Position numbers and translations under genes: made by a program. Positions 13,620 through 27,400 of a stretch of 64,000 bases of DNA are shown here, in pieces. Position 1 is the stretch's first letter; each line of letters opens with the position of its first letter. The DNA comes from Eledone cirrhosa. Taxonomy: Eukaryota. The notes under the pieces were generated by a model. That model saw only the letters and a program-made list of their open reading frames with translations. It was not told the DNA's origin and ran no database searches. The stretch lies in the NCBI GenBank assembly GCA_964016885.1, contig OZ024742.1, positions 269,080,001 to 269,144,000 of the forward strand. The letters run 5' to 3'.

Positions 13620-14300
13620 AATAAAGATTCAGCGAGAATCACATTTCGGCGGCGAGCAGGAAAGGTGAAATGATACTGGCAAAGTGCTTAATAGTTAAAA
13701 CCAGAGCTAAACAATGTGTTAAGAAGCCATACAAAACTGAAAAGGTGGTCAAGAAGGCATAAACCACGCAAGCCAAAAAACCAAATCAAGCTAAACAGGT
13801 CAAAACAAAATAAATGACGAAAAAATAAATGATAACCAGACCTGGACTCCCGGAATTGCTGTTAAAATCCGATGTCGAGTTTCTGTGACACCTAAAACAA
13901 AATACAGTCTGCTTAAAAATATAAGCTTTGGGTATAATGATGGAACAAGGAATATCACGTTATCAACAGGTATTTCGCTCGGTACCAAATAAGTGAATTA
14001 GACGGTGGTAAGTTAAACCACGTGTGGAAATCACAAGCGGAATAACCCCAGATTTTGGAAAGTAATTCAGTAAGTGTATATCATGCAAAAAATAGCATAA
14101 ATAGCACAAATCGAATAAGTTCTCAACCGGGTGGTTTTAAAATAAACTTTTACAATTAAACTTTCAATAGAAATTATTAACAAGTTAATTGCAAGACACG
14201 GGAGATTAATACAAATAAAGATTCAGCGAGAATCGCATTTCGGCGGGCAGGAAGGACGAAACGAAACGCAAAAATCAGAAATGATACTGCCAAAGGGCTC
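13620..14300. repeat. Direct terminal repeats flanking ~550 bp within TA arrays
   Basis: aaataaagattcagcgagaatc.catttcggcgg...aaatgatactg.caaag at ~13619 and ~14213. Confidence 0.7.
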
Positions 14301-14321
14301 AAAAGTTAAAAACCGGAGGTA

Positions 14322-14352
<31 letters not shown>

Positions 14353-14362
14353 TATATATATA

Positions 14363-14493
<131 letters not shown>

Positions 14494-15769
14494 TGGGGGA
14501 GACAAAAAGAGAAAGAAATGAAAGAGGAGAAAGAGTGGTGCTTTTTTCTTAAAGCACATGTATTTCCGATATCTTGTATGTTGTTTTAAATTGAAATGTT
14601 TATATTTCATTTTATAGAGATCCACGATTTTGACATTTCGCAAGTGTATATTTGTGGAAAAAGAAACAAAGCACTCCCTTAGTCGAAGACAAATTTTCGT
14701 TGTATGCACGTCAAAAACCTCAGTTAAAGTGTTAATATGTGGTGTTCAGAAGGATGAATGTTTACATCTTTCAAACAATGTTGGGTACTCTATAACATTT
14801 TGCACTGAGCTTTATTCGATAACATTTGTGAACTTGTGATCTAATTAGAATAATTTTAATTAAGGGGAAATGTTAGTAAAAAACATATATGCGAATAAAA
14901 AGGAGACTACTTTTTAATAAACTATTTTCTTTCATAGTACACTCCCCGCAAATACATCAAATTGATAATGTTTTAAACAGTGTAAAAAGAAATATATACA
15001 ATCAAAAAATACAATAATAAAAATATAAAAACCTAGCTTCAGAAATACAAAGTGTTTTCAATATTAAATTAAACATTTTCTTTCCACGAATAGAAACTAA
15101 AACTGATAAAAATAATGTCCAAAGATGTAAGATAAAAATGTTTAAATCAATATGGTGACTAAAAGAAATATTTAATTACAGTTAAACATGAAAAATAGTT
15201 AGTACATTCTATAACCAACTAGAATCGTTTACACTCAAATATAAAATCAATACGGAAAAATATTTTAGTGAAGAAGTGTTGAAAAAACAACAAATGTCAA
15301 TATATCATGAAGTATAACAACAAAAAATAGCGACTAATTAAGAGAAAATACAACTTCAAAAAGATACAAGACAGATACTTAAAAAAAAAAAAATAGGCTG
15401 TGTTTGAATTCTCTATGCATGTATATATATATATATATATGTATGTATGTGTGTGTGTGTGTGTATGTGTGTGTGTGTGTGCGTGTGCGTGCGAGTGTGT
15501 GTGTGTGTATGTGTGTGTGATTGTGTGTGTGTGCATGTGTATGTGTGTGTGTATGTGTGTGTGTGCGTGTACGTCAATACTCATCCTTTTTCCATTCAGT
15601 TGGCTTTAAAAATCCCCAAAACTCTATCAAAGTATGAAAGCAAAAGTGAGCCTCAATGGGACATTTTCAGAGCTATTTGCATTAGAAAACGGAGTCAAGC
15701 ATTAGCGAGTTCCTATATGATGATGGCTCAGATTGTTTGGCTCACACAGTGGGCGACATGCAGTTGATA

Positions 15770-16100
15770 TTGGACACATTCTCCAATATATGCACTGTAT
15801 TTGGGCTAAATATTAGTATAAAAAAGACAAACGTCATGCACACGCACCATCTGGGAAAGTGTATGGGGAGCCATATATCTTCGTGAGAAGAAAAGACTTG
15901 AGTCTGTGGGCAGATTTGTGTATATCGGAAGTACCTTTAGTAGAGATGGTTCCTTCGATGCTGAAATAAATCACTAGATTACGAAAGTAAGTCTTGCTTT
16001 TGGGAAGCCTGTGTATGAGACCTGTGTTCCGAATACGAATACGAAACGATTCAACTGACCCGCATCATATCAGGCAGTTGGAAAGATCTCATGAGCATTG
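15770..16100 (+). mobile_element. RTE-clade LINE RT C-terminal remnant
   Basis: VGRFVYIGSTFSRDGSFDAEINH*ITKVSLAFG resembles the RTE F.YLGS....DG..D.EI..RI.KA..AFG motif. Confidence 0.6.
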
Positions 16101-16103
16101 TAA

Positions 16104-16179
16104 CCAGATCGTAAAGGGACGTAACTATGCTGGAAAGCATGGCGTCCGACCCTCCACCGATACTGCCAATCCACCACCC
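16104..16179 (-). mobile_element. SINE head fragment
   Basis: gatcgtaaagggacgtaactatgctggaaagcatggcgtccgaccct..accgatactgccaatccacc. Confidence 0.8.
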
Positions 16180-18162
16180 TTATTACGATAATTAATGTAC
16201 GTCCACTCAATCTCAAGTCACTGTAATTAAACGCAACATAAATGGTTATGTGGCAGGATATAGTATTAAGTGGAAATGAAGAGTATGAGCAGCGCATAGA
16301 AGGGAAAGGGATAGAAAAGAAACAGTAAGAGGAAGGGAACAGCGGTGGATATACTTTATTAGAGCTATTGTAGCTTTCTATCTTGTCGAGATACCATACA
16401 TCAGGTTTGTTGGCTATTTCTCCCCTTTCCTTTTCTTCCACCTTCATTCATTATTTCTCTTCCCCGTTCTTCCCTTCGTTTTACCTCTTCTTTTCTTTCC
16501 AACTATTCTCTCCTACCCTCTGCTCCTACTAGTCACTTCCACTTACTACCACTTTCGCACATAGAGCCATTGTTGTTACCTTTTCCTTCAGTGATCTGAA
16601 GGCGAATGGGCCCATTCTAATTTTTCTTCTCTCTGACTTGCCTCTCTACCTATCTAATTTGTTCATTCCTCACGCAAACATCATGCCAACAGAGAGATGT
16701 TTCCCCATTGTACGAAACGTCTCTTGTACGTGGTACTTTTAGTTAAATCGTCGAAACCATGGGTTGTATAAAAGTTGATGAGGGTTTTTAAATGGTTGTC
16801 TGATCTCTTCTCTTCCACTTTTTTTCTTTTATCCCTTCTTCCTCTCACTGTCTCGGGCAAACACACTTCTAGCCGCTGATTTCTTTCCTTTGTTCAGGTG
16901 ATTAATTATGTCAAGAAAATGTCTAGCTGAACGTGGTTCAACACTCACTAAAGAATATGAATTAATTCATCGTACTTCAAATATCTATGGAACACGTCAT
17001 TAAAATTTGAGTAAACAATTATTGCGTGTTGTATTGATTTCAATGTTTAATATTGCTTATTTTTAAATATATATATTTCATATAAGTGAATTTTCCTACC
17101 CTTTTAAAGCTTTATCTCTATGTTTATATTTCCAATTTGTGACTTTTAGTGCTCGGTCTAATTTAATATTTGTAAAACTTCAATCACATACGAATATCTA
17201 ATTTCTCTAATATGTCAATTATCATTAAGCTACAATGTTTTCTTCTGTGCATAGGGGATTTCTCTAACGATTGACGATATACCATGTATTGTTTACAGAA
17301 CTTAATTGTCTGTGTATTAGGACAGACTTTTCACCCATGTCCTTGTGGACATGCTCAGTAAATGATATATTTACTGACACCTTTATATGACACTTACTAA
17401 TGATATTGGAAAGCAGCAATTTAATATTCTATGTACTTTTGTCATTGAACTTTATGCATTCTCCATCTCTGTTTCTCTAAATATCACACTCAATTACTTA
17501 TAATGACAATGTTGTAATTGAAACCTAGCGTCTTTTTATAACAACTATTTGAGGTACGTTATTTTTCAGATATCATGAAATAAAACGATATTTGAAATAT
17601 TTCTCTTGAAATTGGTTATTGCACTATCATTTTGAATGTTTTATAAAATCACTGACGATATAGGATTGAATGAAATTAAGTGTTGGAGATTAAAGTAAAG
17701 TAGGACATGATAAACTACCTACTGTACAAAGAAGATCATAGGCTTCATGGCAAAATGATTGTACTGCTTTAGCAATTTATAAAAAGGGAATAAGGGCTCA
17801 AAATATTTGGAGTTTGTACTTGAGAAGCGGAGCAATTTACAGAGGTGAATGGGAAGAAGTGCTGATCGGAGGGATAATCTATATTATAAGAGCACTGTCT
17901 GACTGTCCGTCAATCTGTCTCCCTGTCCGTCCCGCTCAATTTATATGGAGAGGAGGGCACGCAATGAGTGATATTTACATCGCTAGAGAGTGAAAAGGGA
18001 ACGCCGTGTGTTTCAGAGGTGACAGAGAGTGGTAGATAAGCAGAACGCTATGACGTTGCCCTCATCATTATATATAGAGAAGGAACGCCAAGCGAAAGTA
18101 ATGTATATAAATAGAGAAATGGAACGTCATTTGTTCAGCGAAAAAGATAGGGTGTTTGTGTG

Positions 18163-18167
<5 letters not shown>

Positions 18168-18261
<94 letters not shown>

Positions 18262-18326
18262 GCGTGCGTGTATACGTGTGCGCGTGTGTGTCTGTGTGTG
18301 TGTATGTGTGTGTGTTTGTGTGTGTG
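18168..18326. repeat. (TG)n microsatellite
   Basis: Long GT run seen directly. Confidence 0.95.
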
Positions 18327-18334
18327 GTAGGAAA

Positions 18335-18680
18335 ACGGAGAAGACGTAGCTTTCATCTCGTGAACATAATTGAAGACAGGATACAAATAACTTGGCGTTA
18401 TGGAGATTGATGCAATGTTGGAAGGTGAAATGTTGAGAAAGCTTATATTGGTACTCTAGTCAAATTTATTTCGAAAGAGCAAAATACAATAAACACATGG
18501 CTGGTTGCTTCATGGTAGCAGGGGGTGGGAATCATTGATTAGAAGACAGAGACGCAGGTAGAGTTAGATCAAAAGACAAAAACGTTGCTCACGATGTATG
18601 TAACTTTCCTCCAGAAAGTTACATTGATCGGTATTATTTAATCAGACAAATTCGTGAAGGTTGCATTTACTCAGAGCAGA
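18335..18680 (+). mobile_element. R4/Dong-like LINE remnant (post-RT region)
   Basis: Frameshifted INTWLV, ELDQKTKTLLTMY and IDRYYL.R motifs homologous to 21900-22050. Confidence 0.55.
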
Positions 18681-19129
18681 ATGGACACCGATGTTATATT
18701 AATAATACCATCGACATTTTACTGGACATTGTCTGGCGACTGCTATTGCTACTGCTGCTGTTAGCGAAGCCGTCTGCTTTGATGGCAATTATAGAAATGT
18801 TCTCAATGATGGTGGTGGTGGGAGTAGTAGCAGTGTTTCAGCCGCTGTCACACCTTACTAAGTTGTTTTTTTTTTCGTATCTCGTCAATATATTTTACGG
18901 CAAACAAATTGTTTGTTTGACAAAATAAAGTTCAAATTTGGGCTCAGAACCCCAATAATATGGAGTGTCGTTTTCAGAAAGCAATATATATGAAGTTATC
19001 AACAGTTAACAACAACATTTTCCACAAATATCAATTCAAAACTACTTAAAACAATAAAGCTTTCGGGCTCACAATAACACATTGTCACGAGTCGCCAATA
19101 ATAGTTATAATAATAATTATAATAATAAA

Positions 19130-19400
19130 AAGGCGCTCTGGGAATGATAACTAAGGGGTTTAATGATGACTTATCGCAAATCCCAGGAAACCCGCGTATA
19201 GGAGAAATACAAAAGATAGTACTAATGGGAACTGCCCATATACTAAGGAAGATTATGTCAAAATGAGTACATCACAAGTCTAAACACCTAAAGATGCATG
19301 TGTGTGTATGTATGTCTCTTGAGGTCACTGGTTGTGACTTGGTAATAAATCGTATGAACATAAAGCAAGATAAATGAAGCTGTAATAATAATAATAATAA
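19130..19400 (+). mobile_element. R4/Dong-like LINE 3' end flanked by (TAA)n
   Basis: GALGMITKG...EIQKIVLMGTAHILRKIMSK* followed by a 3' UTR and (TAA)n tail. Confidence 0.75.
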
Positions 19401-22400
19401 TCTATTTGTTTGTTTGTTTATTTATGTTCGTCTACAGCGTGATGGTGCCACGCTGAAATCATCGAGGGTGATCAAATCACTAGGTGTGATGAAATCACCG
19501 GTGGTTATGTAACCATACGTTCACCAATCCTCGATATGAGTGCTTAAATGTCGAACCTAAACAGTTCGAATAACGGTGAAGTGGAGACTGGAATGTCATG
19601 TGACAGACTCTCACCCAGCAGATGCTCGCTGGCCCAGCAGCAGGCACCTGGCTGCCATCCAAATACTGCTGGTGTTGGAGGAAGAGGAAGAAGGAAAGGG
19701 ACCAGAACCAACTGGACGAAATCATTGAATAGGGCTGTTATGCAATGTTACATGAAGAGTAACCCAAGGAAAAAGGCTATGGGAAACGGATGCATTATCT
19801 GGAACGAGATCGGTCTATTTAAATTAGATGAACAAAAATTGGCCGGACAGGCTCGGGTAATATGAACTAATGGGTGGATAAGAGAGCTGGAACTGGAGGA
19901 ACTGAGCAGAGAGATTAGGTTGGAAATGGAGACTGGAGTATGCCAGGCAAACGAGCCAGTGGGAAATGAATGTGAAGGGTTTGAGAGAACGGAGGAACCA
20001 ACCGAAGCAGACAATGATCTGAATGCTGAATTAAATAATACCTGGAACAAAGATACGGCCATTGAGGAAATGAATGCTGACGGGCTAGGAAAACATTTGG
20101 TTGATATCCTAAACTTAGTGGTAGATGAAATGAACAATGATAGTGGGAAACATATGAACCTAAGATTTGTAGACAGGAAAATGTTAAAAGAAACAACAGC
20201 TAACGTAAACAAAGTCATCCCATACCTTGATATGAGGAGCCTTCACCAGTGCAACAATATCCTCAAAGCAACAGCAAATGCGGTGAGGAAATTACTTGGC
20301 ATAAAAGCGAGAGGAAACAACAAACAAGAAAGATCAGAACCTTGGTGGAAGAAACGACTGAATGGTCAAATCAGGGAAATGAGAAATGACATTGGAAAGC
20401 TTGAGTCCCTACTGAATGGGACACTAAACAAATATAGACACTAAAAATAGACTGGAAATAAAGTACAAAACTAGGAGGAAAAAGCTAAATATTATCATAG
20501 AGGAACTGAAGCAACGCATTGTAGCAAAGAGTGCAAAAATTAGGCGATACGAGAGCAGAGTCAGTCAGTTTAGACAAAACCGCATGTTTGACAACAACCA
20601 GAAGATGTTGTTTGGACAGCTTGAAAGGAAATAAAGAGGCAACGACTTGATCCCTGAGGCGGAACAAACTAAGACATTCTGGAGAGGAATATGGGAGCAG
20701 GATATTAAACATAATAACCAGGCAGTGTGGATTAAGACAGTACAAAAGGAGATTAGTGAACAGGCACACCAACAAACTGATTTGAGTATCACAGTTGAAA
20801 CTCTTAAGGAGCAGGCCAAGAAACTAACCAACTGGAAATCACCAGGCCCAGTTGGGGTGAAGGGGTATTGGATTAAAAATATAACATCCTCCACCCGAAA
20901 CTGACAAGCATGTTCAATGACTGCTTGATGTCAGGTGAGGTACCAGAGTGGTTGACAAAAGGTACCACAATTCTGGTAATGAAAGATCGAATCAAGGGTA
21001 ATGATGTTACCAACTATAGACCTATCACATGTCTGTCCGTAATGTGGAAACTGTTAACAAGCATTATGTCTGAGAAAATATATCATCACCTCCACACAAA
21101 CAACTTGTTACCAGGCGAACAGAAAGGATGCCGAAAGAAGTCCCGTGGTACAAAGGACCAGTTACTTATTGATAAGATGGTAATGAGGAATTGCAAGAGG
21201 ATACACACTGGTATTGCCATGGGATGGATAGACTACAAAAAGGCATTTGACATGGTGCCTCATTCTTGGATCACCAAAAGCCTAGAGATCTTCAAGGTTG
21301 TAGATAACATCAGACAGTTGTTGAACAAAAGTATGAAGTCCTGGAAAACAAACTTAACATCAGCTGGAGAATCCTTGGGAGGCGTGAAGATCAAGAGAGG
21401 TATCTTCCAGGGAGATAGTCTGTCCCCTCTGTTGTTTGTCCTTGCCCTGATGCCCCTGACCATTATACTGCGAAAAGTGAGAGCAGGATACAAGTTGGGA
21501 AAGGGAGAGCTTACCATCAATCACCTCCCCTTCATGGACGATCTTATGCTCTTCGGGAAGAGTGAGAAGGAATTGGATGTGCTTGTTGACACTGTCCGTA
21601 TTTTCAGCAATGATATATGTATGCAATTTGGTATTAGTAAGTGTGGAGTCCTTGTGATGAAGTGGGATAAATTGAGCAGAAGCAACGGAATCCAGGTACC
21701 AACAGGTGAGATGATAAAGGAAATTGACACTGAAGAAGGATACAAATATTTAGGTGTTCTGGAGGCTGATGACATCAAGAACAAAAAAATGAAGGAATTG
21801 ATAAGATCTGAATACATTCGGAGAGTAAGGAGCGTATTAAAATCACATCCGAACAGTAGGAATGCCATAAGTGCAGTACATTCCCGAGCTGTGTCTAATA
21901 TTAGTTACTGTGCGGGAATTCTGATATGGAATGTTTCTGAACAAAAAGAAATGGATAGGAAGACTAGGAAGCTATTGACTATCTACAACATGTTCCACAG
22001 GAGGAATGATGTCGATAGACTCTACTTAAGGAGATCTGAAGGTGGGAGATGTATTATCAGCATAGGGGACTGTGTTCAGATGGAGAAAAACAACCAACAC
22101 AAATACGTGACTGATAGTATGGAGCCAATGCTCAGAATCGTACTGACGGAGAGGGCAATATACCAGGGGATGTCCAAGGAGGAAATAACAACAAGGAGAA
22201 AGAGCAAACTTCATGAAGGGCCCTTCATAGTACCTTCTTTGATAAAACTGAATTCAGAGATCAACAGACATGGAACTAGTTGAAAAGAGGAGATCTTAAA
22301 AAGGCTACAGAGTCGGTGATAGAAAACGATCAGGTGAAGGTGCTGTGGGATTTTAGGATACAGACGGACAAGAAACTGGAACACAATATACCTGACCTGG

Positions 22401-22720
22401 TGGTTTTGGACAAGGAAAAAAGATCGTGCCTGATTGTTTGATGTGGACTGCTCATTCGACACCAGAGTGCAAGAGAAGGAGAGGGAGAAAATTAACCGAT
22501 AGCATGACTTAAAGTGGGAGGTAAAAATGATTTGGAACTGCCATGAAGTTAAAGTCGTCCCGATTGTCATAGGCGCATTAGATAATATCTCAAAGAGTTT
22601 CCAAAGATGGTTAAAGAAAATTGGCCGCGCACCGCAATTTGGAACACTTCAAAAGGCATGCTTGCTGGGAACATCAATAACTGAGACTCAAAGAACAATA
22701 ATAATAATAATAATAATAAT
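19401..22720 (+). mobile_element. R4/Dong-clade non-LTR retrotransposon (RT plus restriction-like endonuclease), degraded, zinc-knuckle region deleted
   Basis: NWTKSLNRAVMQCY, EPWWKKRL, ELKQR...FRQNRMF, NWKSPGP, RGIFQGDSLSPLLF, FMDD (ORF 20910-22283), VLWDFRIQTD...PDLVVLDK, VVPIVIGAL; (TAA)n on both sides. Confidence 0.92.
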
Positions 22721-24420
22721 GATTTCATTTATTGGCCACAAGGGCCGACATATAGGGGACAATACAAAAGTCTGGGACAGTGGGGTTTTACAGAAAAATC
22801 GAGTAAACAATATGAATAACAATAACAAAGTAACAATAAATATACCAGAACATTTCCCCAATAAGGTGGATGCCCACCCAGGTTTTGCTCAGTTACACTA
22901 CCAATCCTGAACGACCCGACGCTTCGAGAGCAATCTGGAAGGGCACCACTCTCTTCCTCAAATTTAACCACCTACAGGCGCATTTCCAGAGTAGGCCCAC
23001 TCACAAGTTGATGAGGCAGTGGCCGAAGAGAAAAGTGTCTGTATTCAGTCCTTTCAACCTCGTCCACCATACAACCTCTTTCGCTACTGCCTCCAGACAG
23101 AGGAACATTTCCTGCCTTCCTGGCCAAAAGAAGGCGGCGGGTCGATCTTCACTATGGACTCGGCCGATAGCCGGATCCGTTCTACACCCGACAACAACTG
23201 TTCGACATAATTCTACAAGTCCGTAATGCACGGACACTGGACGATTGCGTGCAAAACGGTTTCGTCGCTCTGCGCGCATCTCGGGCAGGCCCGTCTGACA
23301 ACACTTCCGTGCCTGTAGAGTTTATCTCGAACCGGTGGTGTCCCCCGATAGCACTGCCAAGCGAGGAATTTTTGGAAATTATCCATCGTCCCCAGCTTGA
23401 AAGTCCTCCGGTACAGACTGGTTAGTTCGACTTCTTTAGTTCGACTTCTTTAGTTCGACTTCCCCTCCAAAAGAATTTGAAGAGGAGCAACTCCAAGATG
23501 GCGAGGCGCGAACGGGGGCAAGGGACGACGGTCAGACGGTAGTAGATGAAGGACGCGATGTACGCGTTCGCCACCTCCGCCCGACCTTTCAGAGATAGCT
23601 TCCGCCCAGTACATTTCTGGCTGAGACTGCCTACCCTGCCCGTCACCACATCCCAATTCTTATCTAACCCCGAGCATCTTTACCGGTTCGTCCGTCCAGA
23701 GCCTAACGACGCTGTTGGACGGCATAGACTTTCCTCTCCAGGTGCCGAGTTGCAAGCCCACCGACTTTTCCGGGTTAAGTTTTGCTCCCGTCAACCTTTC
23801 ATATTCCTCCAATAAGTTGCCGACTACCTCGATTTCTGAGGTGTCCGACATCATCACGACGAAGTCGTTCGCATAAGCCGACACAGCCTTTCCGCGTCCT
23901 AGTTCGAGCGGTATGCCCTGCAACAGCTCCATCTTCCGCAGTAAATGCTCGAGAGTCAATACGTAGATAAGGTAGGAGAGAGCGCACCCTTGACGGACCG
24001 ATCGGGAGACCTGAAACATTTCCGAGAGGTGGCCATTAATTGTGAGCACCGAGCAGGTGCCACTGTGCATTTCAGCGATCCAACTTCTGAAGACGGGGTC
24101 GAAGCCAGCCGCCTTGAGGATAGCCTCCAGGTACCGATCGTCGACCCTATCGAATGCTTTCAATTGTTCTAAATTGATCAGAGCCCCACCGAAGCCAGGT
24201 TTACACCCTACCTTCTCTATGATGTATCGCATTAGGTGGAGGTTGTCCTGTATGGACCTGGTTGGGATTGCGCAAATTTGCGCCTCTCCAACCAAATCCT
24301 CGCGCCTACCACTTCGTTAACAACCTGGCCAAAATCTTAAACTCTGTGTTGAGCAGAGTTATGGCTCTGAAATTGTCTAAAATGTCCCTCTCGTTCTCGT
24401 CGTCCTTATCAGCGTCACTA
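22712..24420 (-). mobile_element. Tx1/L1-clade LINE 3' half (second subfamily) with internal deletion
   Basis: FRAITLLNTEFKILA, KAFDRVD, SVRQGC, AYAND, CPRCAQSDETVLHAIVQC CCHC knuckle (~23234-23288), 3' UTR ending AATAAATGAAATC(ATT)n. Confidence 0.88.
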
Positions 24421-24479
24421 TGCCCGGTCTCACAGAACTGGGAATACACTCGTTCTGCTGCCAGTTGTAGTAGAGCGCT

Positions 24480-27400
24480 TATAAGAGATTGGAGAAGAAG
24501 TCTGGCATATTTACGTAAATCACGTAGGACAGACCATCCCAAACCGGGTGACTTCCGAAGAGATTGGCTAGTTGATTTTCGTCGACGCCTAGAGTTTCCC
24601 CAAGTACGTCGTCGCTCTTCCCCTCCACTAATCCTCTATAGAACGCCGAGGTGGAGTTTCCACCGATCACATTGCCCGATTGGTCGATGGCTGTGAGCGC
24701 CTGAAGACATTCCACTCTCCAAGCACTCCCTCTCGGTCTTCGCTTGACCCAGGACTGCAGCTCCGTCAAGGAGACGAGCTGGAGAAAGACGCGTCTAGCA
24801 AACGGCGACCACACCTGATCACCGTTGAGGAAGAGGTGGAGATGTCGTAGCCTGAGCGCGTGTCTACGCATCATCAGCCACGGTATGCCCAGCCCTCCAT
24901 GTAGCGGGTGTTGACAACAGATGGACCGCCTGAATATCGGAGCGCGTCCCTTCCACAAAAGGCGAAAGAGCAAACGCTTCAGCGTAGTCAGGCGGGGCTT
25001 AGGACAAGGCACGACGGTTAGACAGTAGCAGATGACGGATGCGATGTACGCGTTAGCCACCTCCGCTCGACCTTTCTGGGATAGCTTCCTGTCCGCCCAT
25101 TTCTGGGTGAGAGAAGCCACCCTGCTCGTCACCTCGTATTCTCTTTCTATTCTCTTAGTGTAGTGCCGATCGCCTCGATGTGTTTGGCGTTCGACACCTC
25201 TACGATGACATCGTCCGCATATGCTGACACGGATCTTCCGCATCCTAGTTCGCGCGGGACGCCCCTCAACATCTCCAGTTCGTGCAGTAATGGCTCGAGA
25301 GTCAATACGTACAAGAGGGACGAGAGGGGACATCATTGGCGGACCGAGCGCATGATGTTGAACGGTTCCGAAAGATGACCGTTCACTCTCACCACAGAGC
25401 AGATGTCGCTGTGCATGGCAGCGATCCAACCTCTGAAGACGGGCCCAAAGCCAGTCGCCATTAGGACTGCCTCTAGGTATTGATGGTCGACCCTATCGAA
25501 AGGTTTCGACTGATCTAAATTGATCAAGGACCCACCCGTGCCAGGTTCCCTAGCTACCCTCTCTAAGATGAATCGCATGAGGTGGAGGATATCGTGGAAG
25601 GATCTGTCGTGAATAGCGCATGTTTGCGCCTCTCCGACCAGACCATCAACGACAAGCGTCAACCTCCATGTAGCACCTTGGCCAAAATCTTGAACTCTGT
25701 GTTTAGTAGGGTTATGGGCCTGAAAGTTTCCCCCTTGTTATCCCTCTTGTTCGGATCCTTTCTCAGCAGTGCCACCGCTACTCGGCTCACAGAGCTGCGA
25801 ATTTTCCCGTTCTGTTGCCAGGTGCCGTAGACGTCCGCCAAGAGGCCTCCTAACAAGTCTGGCATCTGTACGTAATGTTCATAGGGGAGACTTCCAAACT
25901 AGGCGATTTAACCCTTGTGCAGCCAGTCATTGCCTCCCGCTCCCGTACTTCGGCGGCTGCTATCGGCTTTTCGCAACACTCCGCCTCAGTGGCCGAGAAC
26001 CGCGGCAGTCCGTCGAGGTAGACACTAAAGTCCATCCCTCGAACCGGCCCACCCATGTCCCCGAACAGCTGAAAAGCTTCACATATTTGCCTGGTATCGA
26101 ATAGCATGCGCTGGTCGTGGTCCACCAAAGACCAGATCGTGGATTTATTGCCACGACGGGCCTCCGCCACTCGGGCCCATTGAACGGCTTCCGTCCCCTC
26201 GTGTCTGAGAGCACGCACCCTAGCTCTGACAACGCAGCCTTCGTGCCTTGCATTGAAGAATTGTTCGAGGGACAATTTCGCCGCAAGTACGTCGGTCGCG
26301 ATGCCTTTGCTAAGCGCCTCGTCTAATTTTCTAACTATTTCACCCTCTGATCTATTTTTCTCTATTGCTAAAGCCTTACTAAACCTAATGGACTCTATTC
26401 TAATCGCTCTTTTCAGAGCAAACCGCCACTTATTTGACGATGGCCCCCGTCAACGCCCGCTTAACTAGTTCGCTAATCCGGTCTCTGTAGGCCTTGCGCG
26501 CTGGTAAGGACGCGTTTAGCTTCCAGTAGCCGGGTCCTTGTCTATGAAGCCTATCTAAGTCAAGCCTACAGATCACAAATTGTGGTCCGTGTAGCTGACT
26601 ATCTTGAATTGTGGACAGCCTATGCTAGACCTATCTATTTCACTACAAGATACACTATCTAGTTATAATCTGGATGAACCTATGCGGTTGTCCAAGTCCA
26701 CATTGGCACATTCGGAAAATCCAATCGGTACCTATCAGGCAGTACAAAACGCCTGAGCAGGTTGGTGAGGCTCTTGTACCCTCCTCCTCTATCCGATAAT
26801 CCCACACAGTCCCAGCGTGTATCTAAGATCCAGTTCCAGTCGCCCACTAACACTGAAGAGCGGGACGTTCCTAGAAAGGTATCCAGACCCCGGAAGAAAT
26901 CAGGTCGCCCTGCTCCTGTTGGGGCATAGATGGCCACTAGCCTGAAAGCTTGCCCGTCTCCGCTGGTCACGTCCAGCACCACCAACTTACGTTCTAGGGC
27001 CAGGAAGATTGCCCGCATGGCGAGATCCAAACCTCTCCGAAAAAGCACAGCATACTTCCCTCCGATCCAGGACGGCTGGGAGATTCGTACACATCGTAGC
27101 CGCCGAAGATCGGTGCGAAGGCCCGTGCTTCGGAGATTCTGGTATGCTGATGGCCACTACATCTATATTTAGTGACCTGAGGTCGTTGAGCAGGTGGCCC
27201 TGCTTCCACGATGACCCCAAACCACGCGCATTTATGCTGCCTATTCTGAGTGAGGTCATGTTGAAATGGAGTGGAAAACATTGGAATGATCACTTACCTT
27301 ACTTCTCGTAGAGGAAGGATGGTTTCTCCATCCCTTTTCACTTGATCATCTGGTGAAGGGACAGTTGAATCGTCCCTTCGGCTGGTCGTCGGCTCTTCGA

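Noticed and set aside
14610-14840. Host exon or piggyBac cysteine-rich tail
   Set aside because: Only vague Cys/His spacing; no supporting exons, TIR or TTAA found.
23422-23462. CRISPR-like repeat
   Set aside because: No spacers, 14-bp unit, eukaryotic LINE context.
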